Under the pieces are notes generated by a model, which was not told the origin of the DNA, searched no databases, and saw only the letters and a program-made list of their open reading frames with translations. Made by a program: the position numbers and the translations under genes. This document shows positions 1 through 8,710 of a stretch of 64,000 nucleotides of DNA, one piece after another. Source of the DNA: Minisyncoccota bacterium. Its GTDB lineage: Bacteria > Patescibacteriota > Minisyncoccia > UBA6257 > GWB1-50-10. Within the stretch, counting starts at the first letter, position 1. Every line of letters begins with the position of its first letter. Where the stretch lies: the NCBI GenBank assembly GCA_020059585.1, contig JAGVBU010000003.1, positions 879 to 64,878 of the forward strand, read 5' to 3'.

Positions 1-3
1 GTT

Positions 4-2610
4 GTGTCGGAAAAAAAGGATGCGCTCGCGCACAACAACGAAGAACTTCTTCGCGTGCAAAAAGAGATAAAAATACTCGGTAAGAAAATGGCGGATACTC
101 CGAGTAGTCTCACTCAGGAGGAGAGAGATGATATAGTTGGAAAATATATCGATCTCCAGAAAAAAGAAAAGCTCTTGAGAACATACGAATTGAGTCTTGG
201 ATCGAATTCTGTAAAAACATCAGATACCGTTTCTGTCGAAGAGCAGAAGAGCGTTAAACAGGAACCGGAAGTTAAGAAAAAGATTGTTTTTCCTCCAATT
301 CCAAAAACAGCAGGAACGGTTGAGGTGTCTCCCGAAACTAAAAAGGATGCCGTTATTGAGAAAAAAGAATATACAGATTCCCAGCTTTTGGATGCTGCGG
401 AAATATTTTGTAAATATAATCCGTTCGGATATGCAACGGATATTGAAAAAAACGCTGCGGGGGCGAAAGCAATAGAGCTTGTAAAAAAAGATCATTCCTC
501 GGAAGAGATTGCAGCCGCCGTGCACGTTGCTGAGGTGAGAAATAACATGCGAGGGCTTGTTGAGAGGGCAAAGTCCGTAGAGGAACAGTACAAGAACGCC
601 AAGGAGAATCAAAACGCCGATATTTCCCAAGTAACGGCAAAGCGCGATCAGCAGATAGAAACCATCCGCCGCGACAAGAAACTTCTCGAGAATGAATATG
701 GGGATCTTCTTCGTAATCTTAAGATAGAAAATATAAAACATCAGCTTGCGGGAATAGAGAAGTTCAAGGAACACGGTGATTTTCCGGAGAAAGTTAAGAA
801 TGTTGAAAAAACCGCGTTTGCGATGATTAACTCGGAAATGATGCGGTGGCAGGATGCGCGGATAGACACGAACAGAAAGATAAATCCTGAAGGATGGGAT
901 CATGTGGTTAATTTCTTTTCCCGCGTGGGAGATAAGGCGGGGAAGAGTAAAATGCTCGGGAGATATTTCAAGATGAACAGAAGTCTCAGGACCGCACTGA
1001 CCGCTGCTGTAATCGGCGCGGGAACGGCGGTGATACTTCCTTCCGCGGTAATTGCCGCGGGGGTTGGAACGGCGGGATATCTCGGAGTGAAAGCGATAAA
1101 TGCCATGACGGGAGGAGCATACTCCTATCAAATATCGAAGAGGATTATCCAGCCGCTTGAAGGAAAAGCGTATGGAAGCGATACAAAAAAAACGACGGAA
1201 AAATTTCAGGGAGAGGTGTTGAGAGATGAACACGTGAAAAGACTTGAGGATATCGCGCGTGGAGGAATGGATCAAAATGAGGTAGATGCGTTGCTCGCGA
1301 AGATAAGCGATAAAAATATAAAAGTGAGCGAGAAATACGCGCAGGAGATGCGCCGTCATGGAAATTACCGCAAGGCGAATCGTTTTCTCGGAACGCTTGC
1401 CGCGGGTCTTTTGGGCGGACAGGGCGCGGTTATGACAACCGATTATCTTCTTGGGCCCGGTATGTTAAATATATTCGGCGTGAAGGATGTGAATGCTGCG
1501 GAAGTTCTTCCCGATGATAAGACCGGGGAAGTTATGCCGGTTCCTGAAGCTCCGGAGATTACTTCTCCCGAGATAAATCCTGAAACATTGAAGATGGGAA
1601 CCGTGGGCGAGGGTGAAGGAGTTGAGCATGTATTCAGGCGTCAGCTTGAGGCTGATCCGGGAAAATTTGGATTTAAGGGTGATTTAACCGACAAAGCGGC
1701 TATCCGCGCATGGTCCGGCGGAGAAGCGCATCGTATCGCGATAGATGAGGGATATGTTGACGCGGTTACCGGAAAGGAAGTCCGCGTATTCGATATGGGT
1801 CCTGACGGCCCCGAGGGAAACCCTGCCTATATTTTGGAACAAGGCGCGGATGGAAAGCCGAACGTGCGTGAATATTTCGAAGGAAAGATGTCGGGCGGCG
1901 AGGGTACGAAGAATGTATATGAATACCTCCACGACAAGCCGAAAGTCATTGCGGATACTCCTGCGGTGGAGGAGGCACCGGCGAAATCTGGAAGCGATCT
2001 CTATGCGGAACGTTTGAAGGCCCCCGTGGAAGCAATGGGATTGCATACGCCGGAGGTGAGTATTCCGGATCATCTTGAACTTCCGCCAAGCGTGCAACGT
2101 GCGAATATTTTCGATAATTTCAATAAAGTTGTTCCCGAAATGGAACATATGATAGATCAATTTCCGAAGCTTTCCCTTTCTCAGCAGGAGGAGTTTCTCT
2201 ATGGTGCAAAAATGAATACCGTAGCTGAACAGATAACATATCTTCAGAAAAATAACGTACTTGAAAATATTTCGGAAAGTGAGGCGGAGGTATTCGGAAA
2301 GCTAAAGGATCATTGGCTGGAGATGTCTGAAGTGTTTGAGGAAAATGAGAAGAATTTTGAAGCCGCCGTGAAAGGCACGGTGCAGCTTAACAACGCGGGG
2401 TTTGAAAAACTTATGAACACGAAGATCCACAAGATATGGGATATACCTAACGGACCCCAATTCAACAAATTTTCAGATCTTCTCAAATCCGTGAATGTGT
2501 CATCAAATGAACTTGCGTCAGGCGCGTCAGTGGGAGAAATATTAAGGACGCGGTTTGTGAATGGGGAATTCATGAAAGCGGCTCAGGTGGACAGTGTACT
2601 CAAGATCTAA
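4..2610 (+). CDS. Large hypothetical protein (868 aa), with N-terminal coiled-coil/charged region and a central Gly/Ala-rich transmembrane segment; possibly 5'-partial at window edge
   Basis: Longest ORF in region and it runs into the window start (GTG at position 4). Repetitive K/E-rich heptad-like N-terminus. Hydrophobic stretch AVIGAGTAVILPSAVIAAGVGTAGYLGV. Convergent terminator downstream. No recognisable catalytic motif. Confidence 0.5.
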   Translation: MSEKKDALAHNNEELLRVQKEIKILGKKMADTPSSLTQEERDDIVGKYIDLQKKEKLLRTYELSLGSNSVKTSDTVSVEEQKSVKQEPEVKKKIVFPPIPKTAGTVEVSPETKKDAVIEKKEYTDSQLLDAAEIFCKYNPFGYATDIEKNAAGAKAIELVKKDHSSEEIAAAVHVAEVRNNMRGLVERAKSVEEQYKNAKENQNADISQVTAKRDQQIETIRRDKKLLENEYGDLLRNLKIENIKHQLAGIEKFKEHGDFPEKVKNVEKTAFAMINSEMMRWQDARIDTNRKINPEGWDHVVNFFSRVGDKAGKSKMLGRYFKMNRSLRTALTAAVIGAGTAVILPSAVIAAGVGTAGYLGVKAINAMTGGAYSYQISKRIIQPLEGKAYGSDTKKTTEKFQGEVLRDEHVKRLEDIARGGMDQNEVDALLAKISDKNIKVSEKYAQEMRRHGNYRKANRFLGTLAAGLLGGQGAVMTTDYLLGPGMLNIFGVKDVNAAEVLPDDKTGEVMPVPEAPEITSPEINPETLKMGTVGEGEGVEHVFRRQLEADPGKFGFKGDLTDKAAIRAWSGGEAHRIAIDEGYVDAVTGKEVRVFDMGPDGPEGNPAYILEQGADGKPNVREYFEGKMSGGEGTKNVYEYLHDKPKVIADTPAVEEAPAKSGSDLYAERLKAPVEAMGLHTPEVSIPDHLELPPSVQRANIFDNFNKVVPEMEHMIDQFPKLSLSQQEEFLYGAKMNTVAEQITYLQKNNVLENISESEAEVFGKLKDHWLEMSEVFEENEKNFEAAVKGTVQLNNAGFEKLMNTKIHKIWDIPNGPQFNKFSDLLKSVNVSSNELASGASVGEILRTRFVNGEFMKAAQVDSVLKI

Positions 2611-2629
2611 CGGGAGAGTATCGTCACGC

Positions 2630-2662
2630 AAAAAAAGGAACGGGGGATACCGCTCCTTTTTG
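2630..2662. terminator. Bidirectional hairpin terminator between convergent genes
   Basis: GGAACGG-gggatac-CGCTCC stem flanked by A-run upstream and T-run downstream. Confidence 0.45.
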
Positions 2663-2665
2663 TAT

Positions 2666-3274
2666 TTAGAATGAAACCATTGCACCGACGTCAATGACAA
2701 GATTATACCCGAGTTTTTTCCCCTCGTTTTTCCCGTTGTACAGCGCTTTCGAAAATACGGAAAAATTTTTAAGCGGGGATATACTTGCGTATAACCCATA
2801 TCCTTTCAGATCTTCTGCGGCAACTCCGAGTCCGAGCCATTCGGTGAAATTGTGGGCATAGATAACCTGATATCTGATTCTTTCTCCCGCCCATATATTG
2901 GTCCATAAATCATTATAGGGATCTCCTACCCACATTCTCCCTATAAACATTCCATGTTTTTCTGAATTTTCCGGATCAATTTCAACTCCCGCGGCGAGAT
3001 CAAATCTGATATTTTTCGACGCAAGAAATCCGATTCCTGCGGCAATCGTCGCAACGCTGTCATTTACCATCGAATATCCTGAGATACCGACGGTGTGTTC
3101 ATAAAACATCATCCGAACAAGGATTTCTCCTTCTATGTTTTTCAGATCTCTTCGATCTGTATAAACATCGTTCGTATGTGTTCCCTTAAAGAAGCCGTGC
3201 ACGCGTGGTGTTTGCGCAGAGAGCGTTATCACGCAGATCATCATGAAGGCAAGAAGAAGCACAATCTTTTTCAT
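2666..3274 (-). CDS. Outer-membrane beta-barrel-like protein (OmpW/OmpA-like small barrel), with signal peptide
   Basis: N-terminal signal peptide MKKIVLLLAFMMICVITLSA-Q. Alternating hydrophobic/polar dyad pattern throughout. C-terminal ...IDVGAMVSF with terminal Phe, the classic OMP barrel signature. Confidence 0.5.
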   Translation of the reverse strand: MKKIVLLLAFMMICVITLSAQTPRVHGFFKGTHTNDVYTDRRDLKNIEGEILVRMMFYEHTVGISGYSMVNDSVATIAAGIGFLASKNIRFDLAAGVEIDPENSEKHGMFIGRMWVGDPYNDLWTNIWAGERIRYQVIYAHNFTEWLGLGVAAEDLKGYGLYASISPLKNFSVFSKALYNGKNEGKKLGYNLVIDVGAMVSF

Positions 3275-3356
3275 CTGTGATTTCCTTATATTTGGTTATG
3301 TAAATAAAATTGGTTACAATTTCACGCTGGTTTTATAGTAGCATTAATTTCATAAT

Positions 3357-4403
3357 ATGTCAATTTTTCCCTGTATTAATCGTCGGTTTGCAAGTACAAT
3401 GGAGAGTGCAATGAATTTCGGATTCTGGAGAAAACTGAAGAAACCTTTTCTTATAATCGCACCGATGTCCGATGTGACGGATGTCGCGTTTCGCGAAATG
3501 TTTGCGCGTCATGGCGCGCCCAATGTGTTTTGGACTGAATTTGTTTCCTGTGATGGGTTGTGTTCCGAAGGAAAAGATCGGCTTCTTTCGCATTTTTTGT
3601 ACACAAAAAGACAGCGGCCTATTGTCGCGCAGCTTTTCGGTGCCACGCCCGAGCATTTTTATCGCGCCTCACTTCTTGTAAAAGAATTAGGATTTGATGG
3701 TATCGATATCAATATGGGATGTCCCGATCGTGCGGTGGAGCGGCAGGGAGCGGGTGCCGCACTTATTAATAATCCGAGACTCGCCCAAAAAATAATTTTT
3801 GAGGCAAAGCGGGGCGCGGGACGGCTTCCTGTTTCGGTGAAGACGCGCCTTGGATATCACAAGGATACAATGGAGGAATGGCTTCCGTATCTTTTTGAAA
3901 CGGAACCCGCGGCGATCACACTTCATGCGCGTACGCGGAAGGAATTGTCGAAAGTTCCGGCTCGCTGGAACAGGATCGCGGATGCTGTTGCGTTGCGTGA
4001 CGGATATTTTTCCGGCACTCGGTCAAAACCGTTCATACTTGGGAACGGAGATGTGACGAGCGTTGCCGACGGATATATGAAAATGAAGGAAAGCGGCGCG
4101 GATGGGGTTATGGTTGGTCGCGGCATATTCGGTAATCCGTGGTTTTTTAATCCGCGTGGGCGGCGCGTCTCTGTTGAAACGCGCCTCAAGGCGCTTCTCG
4201 AGCATACGATTCTTTTTGAAAAATATTTTGGAAATTCAAATCACGATCGCTCTACGGCGATAAGGAATTTTGATATTATGAAAAAACATTTTAAGGCATA
4301 TGCGTCCGGCTTTGACGGCGCGAAAGATATTCGGATGAAATTAATGACTATGAAATGCGCCGATGATATGCGTGCTTTTCTGAAAAAGAAAAGATATCTA
4401 TAA
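3357..4403 (+). CDS. dus: tRNA-dihydrouridine synthase (Dus family, TIM-barrel flavoenzyme)
   Basis: Motifs LIIAPMSDVTDVAFR, GFDGIDINMGCP and HARTRKE are typical of the Dus family. True start may be an internal Met (MESAMNF / MNFGF). Confidence 0.8.
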   Translation: MSIFPCINRRFASTMESAMNFGFWRKLKKPFLIIAPMSDVTDVAFREMFARHGAPNVFWTEFVSCDGLCSEGKDRLLSHFLYTKRQRPIVAQLFGATPEHFYRASLLVKELGFDGIDINMGCPDRAVERQGAGAALINNPRLAQKIIFEAKRGAGRLPVSVKTRLGYHKDTMEEWLPYLFETEPAAITLHARTRKELSKVPARWNRIADAVALRDGYFSGTRSKPFILGNGDVTSVADGYMKMKESGADGVMVGRGIFGNPWFFNPRGRRVSVETRLKALLEHTILFEKYFGNSNHDRSTAIRNFDIMKKHFKAYASGFDGAKDIRMKLMTMKCADDMRAFLKKKRYL

Positions 4404-4417
4404 AGAAATAATATTCT

Positions 4418-5611
4418 ATGAAAAGAATGCTTAAAAAACACTTTGGATTTGATTCATTTCTCCCTTTTCAGGAGGATATTGTCGCCGACGTGTTGCAAAA
4501 AAAAGATGTGCTTGTGGTTCTCCCGACAGGCGCGGGAAAATCGCTTTGTTACCAGCTTCCCGCGCTTGAACTCCCTGGAACCGCGCTCGTCATTTCTCCG
4601 CTTATATCCCTCATGAAGGATCAGGTTTCTTCGCTTGAACGGAGAGACATCGCCGCGGCATATCTGAACAGCAGCCAAGGGGTCAAGGAAACGCGCGAAG
4701 TGAAGCAAAAGGTTCTTGATGGAAAGATAAGGCTTTTATATGTCGCTCCCGAGCGGATAATGAAGGATGGATTTCTCGATTTTTTGTCCGATGTGTCGGT
4801 TTCGTTTGTTGCGATTGATGAAGCGCATTGCATTTCGGAGTGGGGTCATGATTTCCGTCCCGAATACAGAAAACTCGGCACGCTTCGCGAAGCGTTTCCC
4901 CGCGTGCCGTTCATCGCGCTTACGGCGACCGCGACAAAAAAAGTACGTGACGATATAAAGAATCAACTTCGTTTTGTGGATTATGCGGAACACGCGGGAA
5001 GTTTTGACAGAAAAAATCTTACGTATCACATTAGGGCGAAACAGAATACGTATTATCATATAGTAAGCTATATCGAAGATCATCCGAATGTTTCGGGGAT
5101 TATTTATTGTCACAGTAGGAATTCTACTGAAAAAATGGCAAGCGATCTTTTGCGCGATGGCATTGACGCGGTTCCGTATCATGCGGGACTTCCTCAGAAG
5201 GAGCGTACTGAAAATCAGGAGAGATTTCAAAAAGGAGACGCAAAAATAATCGTGGCGACGATTGCGTTCGGAATGGGAATCGACAAACAGGATGTCCGGT
5301 TTGTTATCCATTATGATCTTCCAAAGAATATTGAGGGGTATTATCAGGAGACCGGCCGTGCGGGGAGAGACGGAAAACCCTCTGATTGCATTCTTTTCTT
5401 TAGTTATAGCGATAAGATGAAGCACGAATTCTTTATTAATCAGATGAAAAATCCGAATCGTGCCGCGGTGGCGCAGTATCAGCTCGAGAAGATGGTTGAT
5501 TTTTGCACGTCGTCAGAATGCAGGAGAAAAATGCTCCTTGGGTATTTTGGAGAGACATATAGAAACGAAAATTGCGGCGCGTGCGACATATGCACTGAAA
5601 CATATTATTGA
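4418..5611 (+). CDS. recQ: RecQ-family DNA helicase, short form (helicase core + zinc-binding, no HRDC)
   Basis: FGFDSFLPFQEDIV..VLPTGAGKSLCYQLPAL (motif I), DEAHCISEWGHDFRPEY (DEAH box). C-terminal Cys cluster CRRKMLLGYFGE...CGACDIC matches the RecQ zinc-binding module. Only 397 aa. Confidence 0.8.
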   Translation: MKRMLKKHFGFDSFLPFQEDIVADVLQKKDVLVVLPTGAGKSLCYQLPALELPGTALVISPLISLMKDQVSSLERRDIAAAYLNSSQGVKETREVKQKVLDGKIRLLYVAPERIMKDGFLDFLSDVSVSFVAIDEAHCISEWGHDFRPEYRKLGTLREAFPRVPFIALTATATKKVRDDIKNQLRFVDYAEHAGSFDRKNLTYHIRAKQNTYYHIVSYIEDHPNVSGIIYCHSRNSTEKMASDLLRDGIDAVPYHAGLPQKERTENQERFQKGDAKIIVATIAFGMGIDKQDVRFVIHYDLPKNIEGYYQETGRAGRDGKPSDCILFFSYSDKMKHEFFINQMKNPNRAAVAQYQLEKMVDFCTSSECRRKMLLGYFGETYRNENCGACDICTETYY

Positions 5612-5761
5612 GTGCGTGGGAGCATTTTTATGCATATTTGGTCTTTCCGATGGGTGTGATTCGTGGTATCATGGGCACATGAATAAGGCGAGAAAAATTG
5701 CAAAGAAAAAGCATAATAAAAAGAAAGGGAAAAAAGTATCGCTTAGAAACCGATAGAGGCA

Positions 5762-6949
5762 ATGATCCAGCGCGGAATCGCCACATTCACCCTCGATTAT
5801 GGGAAGTGTCCCAAGTGGCTTTTTGATCGGATGGTGGCGCTGGGACGCGAGATGATCAGGGTTATCGTTGCCGAGGAGGGTTCCGATGCGTTTATCCGGA
5901 GAATCGGAGATCCCGCGTGGTTTCAGTCGCTTGGTACGGTGCTTGCGTTTGACTGGAATGCGTCCGGGCTGACCACTATACTTACCGCGGCACTTAAGGA
6001 AGCTATCCGAGGCGAAGAGCGCGACCTCGGTGTTTTTATTTGCGGAGGGAAGGGAAAGACGTCACGAAAGACTCCTGATGAGATATCGTCGTGGGGTATG
6101 CGTATGGCGCTCGATAGAAAAAATACCGACGCGCTTGCGTATAATTCAAGGATGGCGGCGAAAGTGGACAGCGCGCTCATTCAGGACGGGTTTCAGATAT
6201 ATCACCATAGTTTTTTCTTTACGAAGAATGGCGCGTGGACCGTCGTCCAGCAGGGGATGAATCTTGAAAACCAAAGCGCGCGCCGATATCATTGGCATTC
6301 CTCGAAGGCGAAAGATCTCATCCGCGAACCCCATTCGGGGATTTCAAGCGAATGTACTGTTGAAAATGTTTTGAATATGACTGCGGGGGAGAGCGAAAAA
6401 AATCGTGCTATCAGCACAGCTCTCGTAGAGCAAAGTTTTGGGACGCTCATGAAAGACATTACGCTCTTGAGGAAACATTATTCACCCGTATCGCGTATGG
6501 CGTCGATTGGAAATCTGTCTGGTACGCAGCTTACGCTTCTTGAACTTGAAAACAGAGAATTCACCACACATCCCGTCGTGCGAGAAGATTTTTCAAAAAG
6601 CAAATATCTTGAGAAAATACTCTCAAAACTATGCGATGAGCAGCCGGAAGATTATGAAAAACTTGTGGCGACTCAGGGTGTCGGTCCGAAAACGATCCGT
6701 GCGCTTTCGCTTGTATCCGAAGTAATCTATGGAGCAAAGCCGTCATACGAGGATCCGGCGCGATATTCTTTTGCGCATGGAGGAAAGGATGCGACGCCAT
6801 ATCCTGTGGATACGGTGACGTATGACGAGACTATTGATACAATGAAAAAGTACGTCGAAAAGACGAAAATCTCACCGATTGAGAAGAGGAAAATAGTCAA
6901 AAGAATGGAAACAAAAAGCGAGCAGTATGAAGTATCGAGTATCAAGTAG
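5762..6949 (+). CDS. Conserved hypothetical protein, DUF763-like
   Basis: N-terminal MIQRGIATFTLDYGKCPKWLFDRMVALGREM resembles the conserved start of the DUF763 family (recalled from memory, not searched). No catalytic motif recognised. C-terminal codons overlap the AGTA-repeat motif. Confidence 0.45.
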   Translation: MIQRGIATFTLDYGKCPKWLFDRMVALGREMIRVIVAEEGSDAFIRRIGDPAWFQSLGTVLAFDWNASGLTTILTAALKEAIRGEERDLGVFICGGKGKTSRKTPDEISSWGMRMALDRKNTDALAYNSRMAAKVDSALIQDGFQIYHHSFFFTKNGAWTVVQQGMNLENQSARRYHWHSSKAKDLIREPHSGISSECTVENVLNMTAGESEKNRAISTALVEQSFGTLMKDITLLRKHYSPVSRMASIGNLSGTQLTLLELENREFTTHPVVREDFSKSKYLEKILSKLCDEQPEDYEKLVATQGVGPKTIRALSLVSEVIYGAKPSYEDPARYSFAHGGKDATPYPVDTVTYDETIDTMKKYVEKTKISPIEKRKIVKRMETKSEQYEVSSIK

Positions 6950-6962
6950 AAAGTATTAAGTA
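6925..6962 (+). repeat. AGTA-rich dispersed motif copy 1 (..agtatcgagtatcaagtagaaagtattaagtattgggt-ATG)
   Basis: Seen in sequence. Shares the AAGTA(G/A)NAAGTATT core with copies at 40149, 46106, 47874 and 50120. Confidence 0.5.
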
Positions 6963-8645
6963 TTGGGTATGAATACATCAGAAAAAAGAAACTGTCAGAA
7001 CTGTCATCAAGAGTTCACTATCGAACCCGAAGATTTCGATTTCTACAAAAAAATCGACGTACCGCCGCCGACGTGGTGCTCGGAATGCAGGCAAATGAGG
7101 CGCTATTCATGGCGCAATGAGCGTAATTTATATCGAAGGAATTGCGATAAATGCGGAAAATCGACGGTAACCATTTATCATCCCGATGCTCCGTATACGG
7201 TGTATTGCCATGCGTGCTGGTGGAGTGATGTATGGAACGCAAAAGACTTTGGAATGACAGTTGACGTTGATCGTCCATTTTTTGAACAGTTTAGAGAATT
7301 ACAGCTCAAGGTGCCGCGCGTCGCGCTTCTCGGAAAGAATTCCATAAACAGCGAATATACGAATCATTCCGCGGATAATAAGAATGTCTATCTTTCGTTT
7401 GATTGTTTCAACTGTGAGAATGGGTTTTATATGAGTAACTGCTGGAATGGAACGAAGGATTCGTGCGACGTGAATCTTGCATATGAGGGAGGGGAATTCC
7501 TCTACGAATGCTTCCATTGCGATCGGTGCTTTAAGTGCGAATTCTGCCTTCTTGTCGACGACAGTATTGAGTGCAAGTATTGTTTTGATTGTGTAAATTG
7601 TCAGAACTGTTTTTTAAGCTGGAATCTGCGAAACAAGAAATATTGTTTCAGAAATGAGCAACTGACGAAAGAGGAATATGAAAAAAAGATAAGCGAATTG
7701 GCGCTTGGTTCTTATAAGGAGAGAGAAGAACTTTATGCGGAATGGAAGAACATTCTTGAGAAAAAGTCCTTTCATAAGTATGCGCAGATCGTGAAATCAC
7801 AGAATATATCTGGCGACGTCATTCATAATTCGAGAAATGTGAAGAATGGATATTATATATATGATAGTGATAATGTACGCCACAGCATCATTGCAATTGC
7901 GAAGGATTCGATGGATCTTTTCAGCGTAGGGCTTGGCGCGACCAATTCGGTATACGAATCGCATGCGCTTACCGACGCATCAAACGTGAAATTTTGCCAT
8001 CTTTCTTATGAAAATGCATTTATCGAATATTGCGACTCATGTCATAATTCGCAGAATCTTTTCGGATGCATCGGACTTCGTAAGGGAGAATACTGTATTT
8101 TAAACAAACAGTACACGAAAGAAGAATATGAATCTGTAAGGGGTGAGCTTATCAATAAAATGACCGCGCGAGGGGAATATGGCGAATTTTTCCCGCAGTC
8201 GCTTTCGCCATTTGGATATAATGAGACGCATGGGGATATTTATATGCCGATGACAAAGGAGGACGCGCTTGCGCACGGATTCCGATGGCAAGATAACATA
8301 CTCATTACAAAGGGGAAGGGAACGCTTCCTCCCGAAAACATTCCCGATAATATTCGCGATATCAACGATGCTATTACGAAGGAGGCGCTTACGTGTGTTT
8401 CATGTTCGCGAAACTACAATGTAGTGCTTCCTGAGGTCACTTTTTATAAAAGAATGGATATTCCTGTTCCGCGTCGTTGCCCCGAGTGTCGATATCGAAG
8501 ACGGATCGGGCTTCGTCCGCCACGAAGGCTCTGGCATCGCCAATGTATGAAACCGGGCTGCACAAACGAGTTTGAGACAAGCTACGCGCCCGAGAGGCCG
8601 GAGATTGTGTATTGTGAGAGCTGTTATCAGCAGGAGGTTATATAA
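6963..8645 (+). CDS. Zinc-ribbon-rich protein, paralog A (560 aa; >35 Cys in CxxC pairs; internal tandem modules)
   Basis: N-terminal CQNCHQEF..EDFDFYKKIDVPPPTWCSECR. C-terminal matching module CVSCSR..FYKRMDIPVPRRCPECR, then CMKPGCTNEFETSYAPERPEIVYCESCY. Two internal repeats end in YC(F/I)xNxQ(L/Y)TKEEYE. Paralog of 46144..47871. Confidence 0.6.
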   Translation: MGMNTSEKRNCQNCHQEFTIEPEDFDFYKKIDVPPPTWCSECRQMRRYSWRNERNLYRRNCDKCGKSTVTIYHPDAPYTVYCHACWWSDVWNAKDFGMTVDVDRPFFEQFRELQLKVPRVALLGKNSINSEYTNHSADNKNVYLSFDCFNCENGFYMSNCWNGTKDSCDVNLAYEGGEFLYECFHCDRCFKCEFCLLVDDSIECKYCFDCVNCQNCFLSWNLRNKKYCFRNEQLTKEEYEKKISELALGSYKEREELYAEWKNILEKKSFHKYAQIVKSQNISGDVIHNSRNVKNGYYIYDSDNVRHSIIAIAKDSMDLFSVGLGATNSVYESHALTDASNVKFCHLSYENAFIEYCDSCHNSQNLFGCIGLRKGEYCILNKQYTKEEYESVRGELINKMTARGEYGEFFPQSLSPFGYNETHGDIYMPMTKEDALAHGFRWQDNILITKGKGTLPPENIPDNIRDINDAITKEALTCVSCSRNYNVVLPEVTFYKRMDIPVPRRCPECRYRRRIGLRPPRRLWHRQCMKPGCTNEFETSYAPERPEIVYCESCYQQEVI

Positions 8646-8663
8646 ATAGAAAAGCATATCTTT

Positions 8664-8690
8664 AAAAGCCCGTTGGGGCTTTTTGTTTTT
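8664..8690 (+). terminator. Rho-independent terminator closing the dus-recQ-DUF763-ZnR gene string
   Basis: AAAAGCCC-gttg-GGGCTTTTTGTTTTT. Confidence 0.5.
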
Positions 8691-8710
8691 AGTGCTAAAA
8701 TGCGAAGGAA

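Noticed and set aside
220-1359. Long minus-strand ORF (379 aa) antisense to the 868-aa gene; similar antisense ORFs at 4736..5425, 8840..9532, 29731..30459, 30693..31265, 49269..49847, 57262..57840 and 61844..62278
   Set aside because: They lie wholly inside stronger, motif-supported CDSs on the opposite strand and have biased, low-complexity translations. They are typical shadow ORFs.
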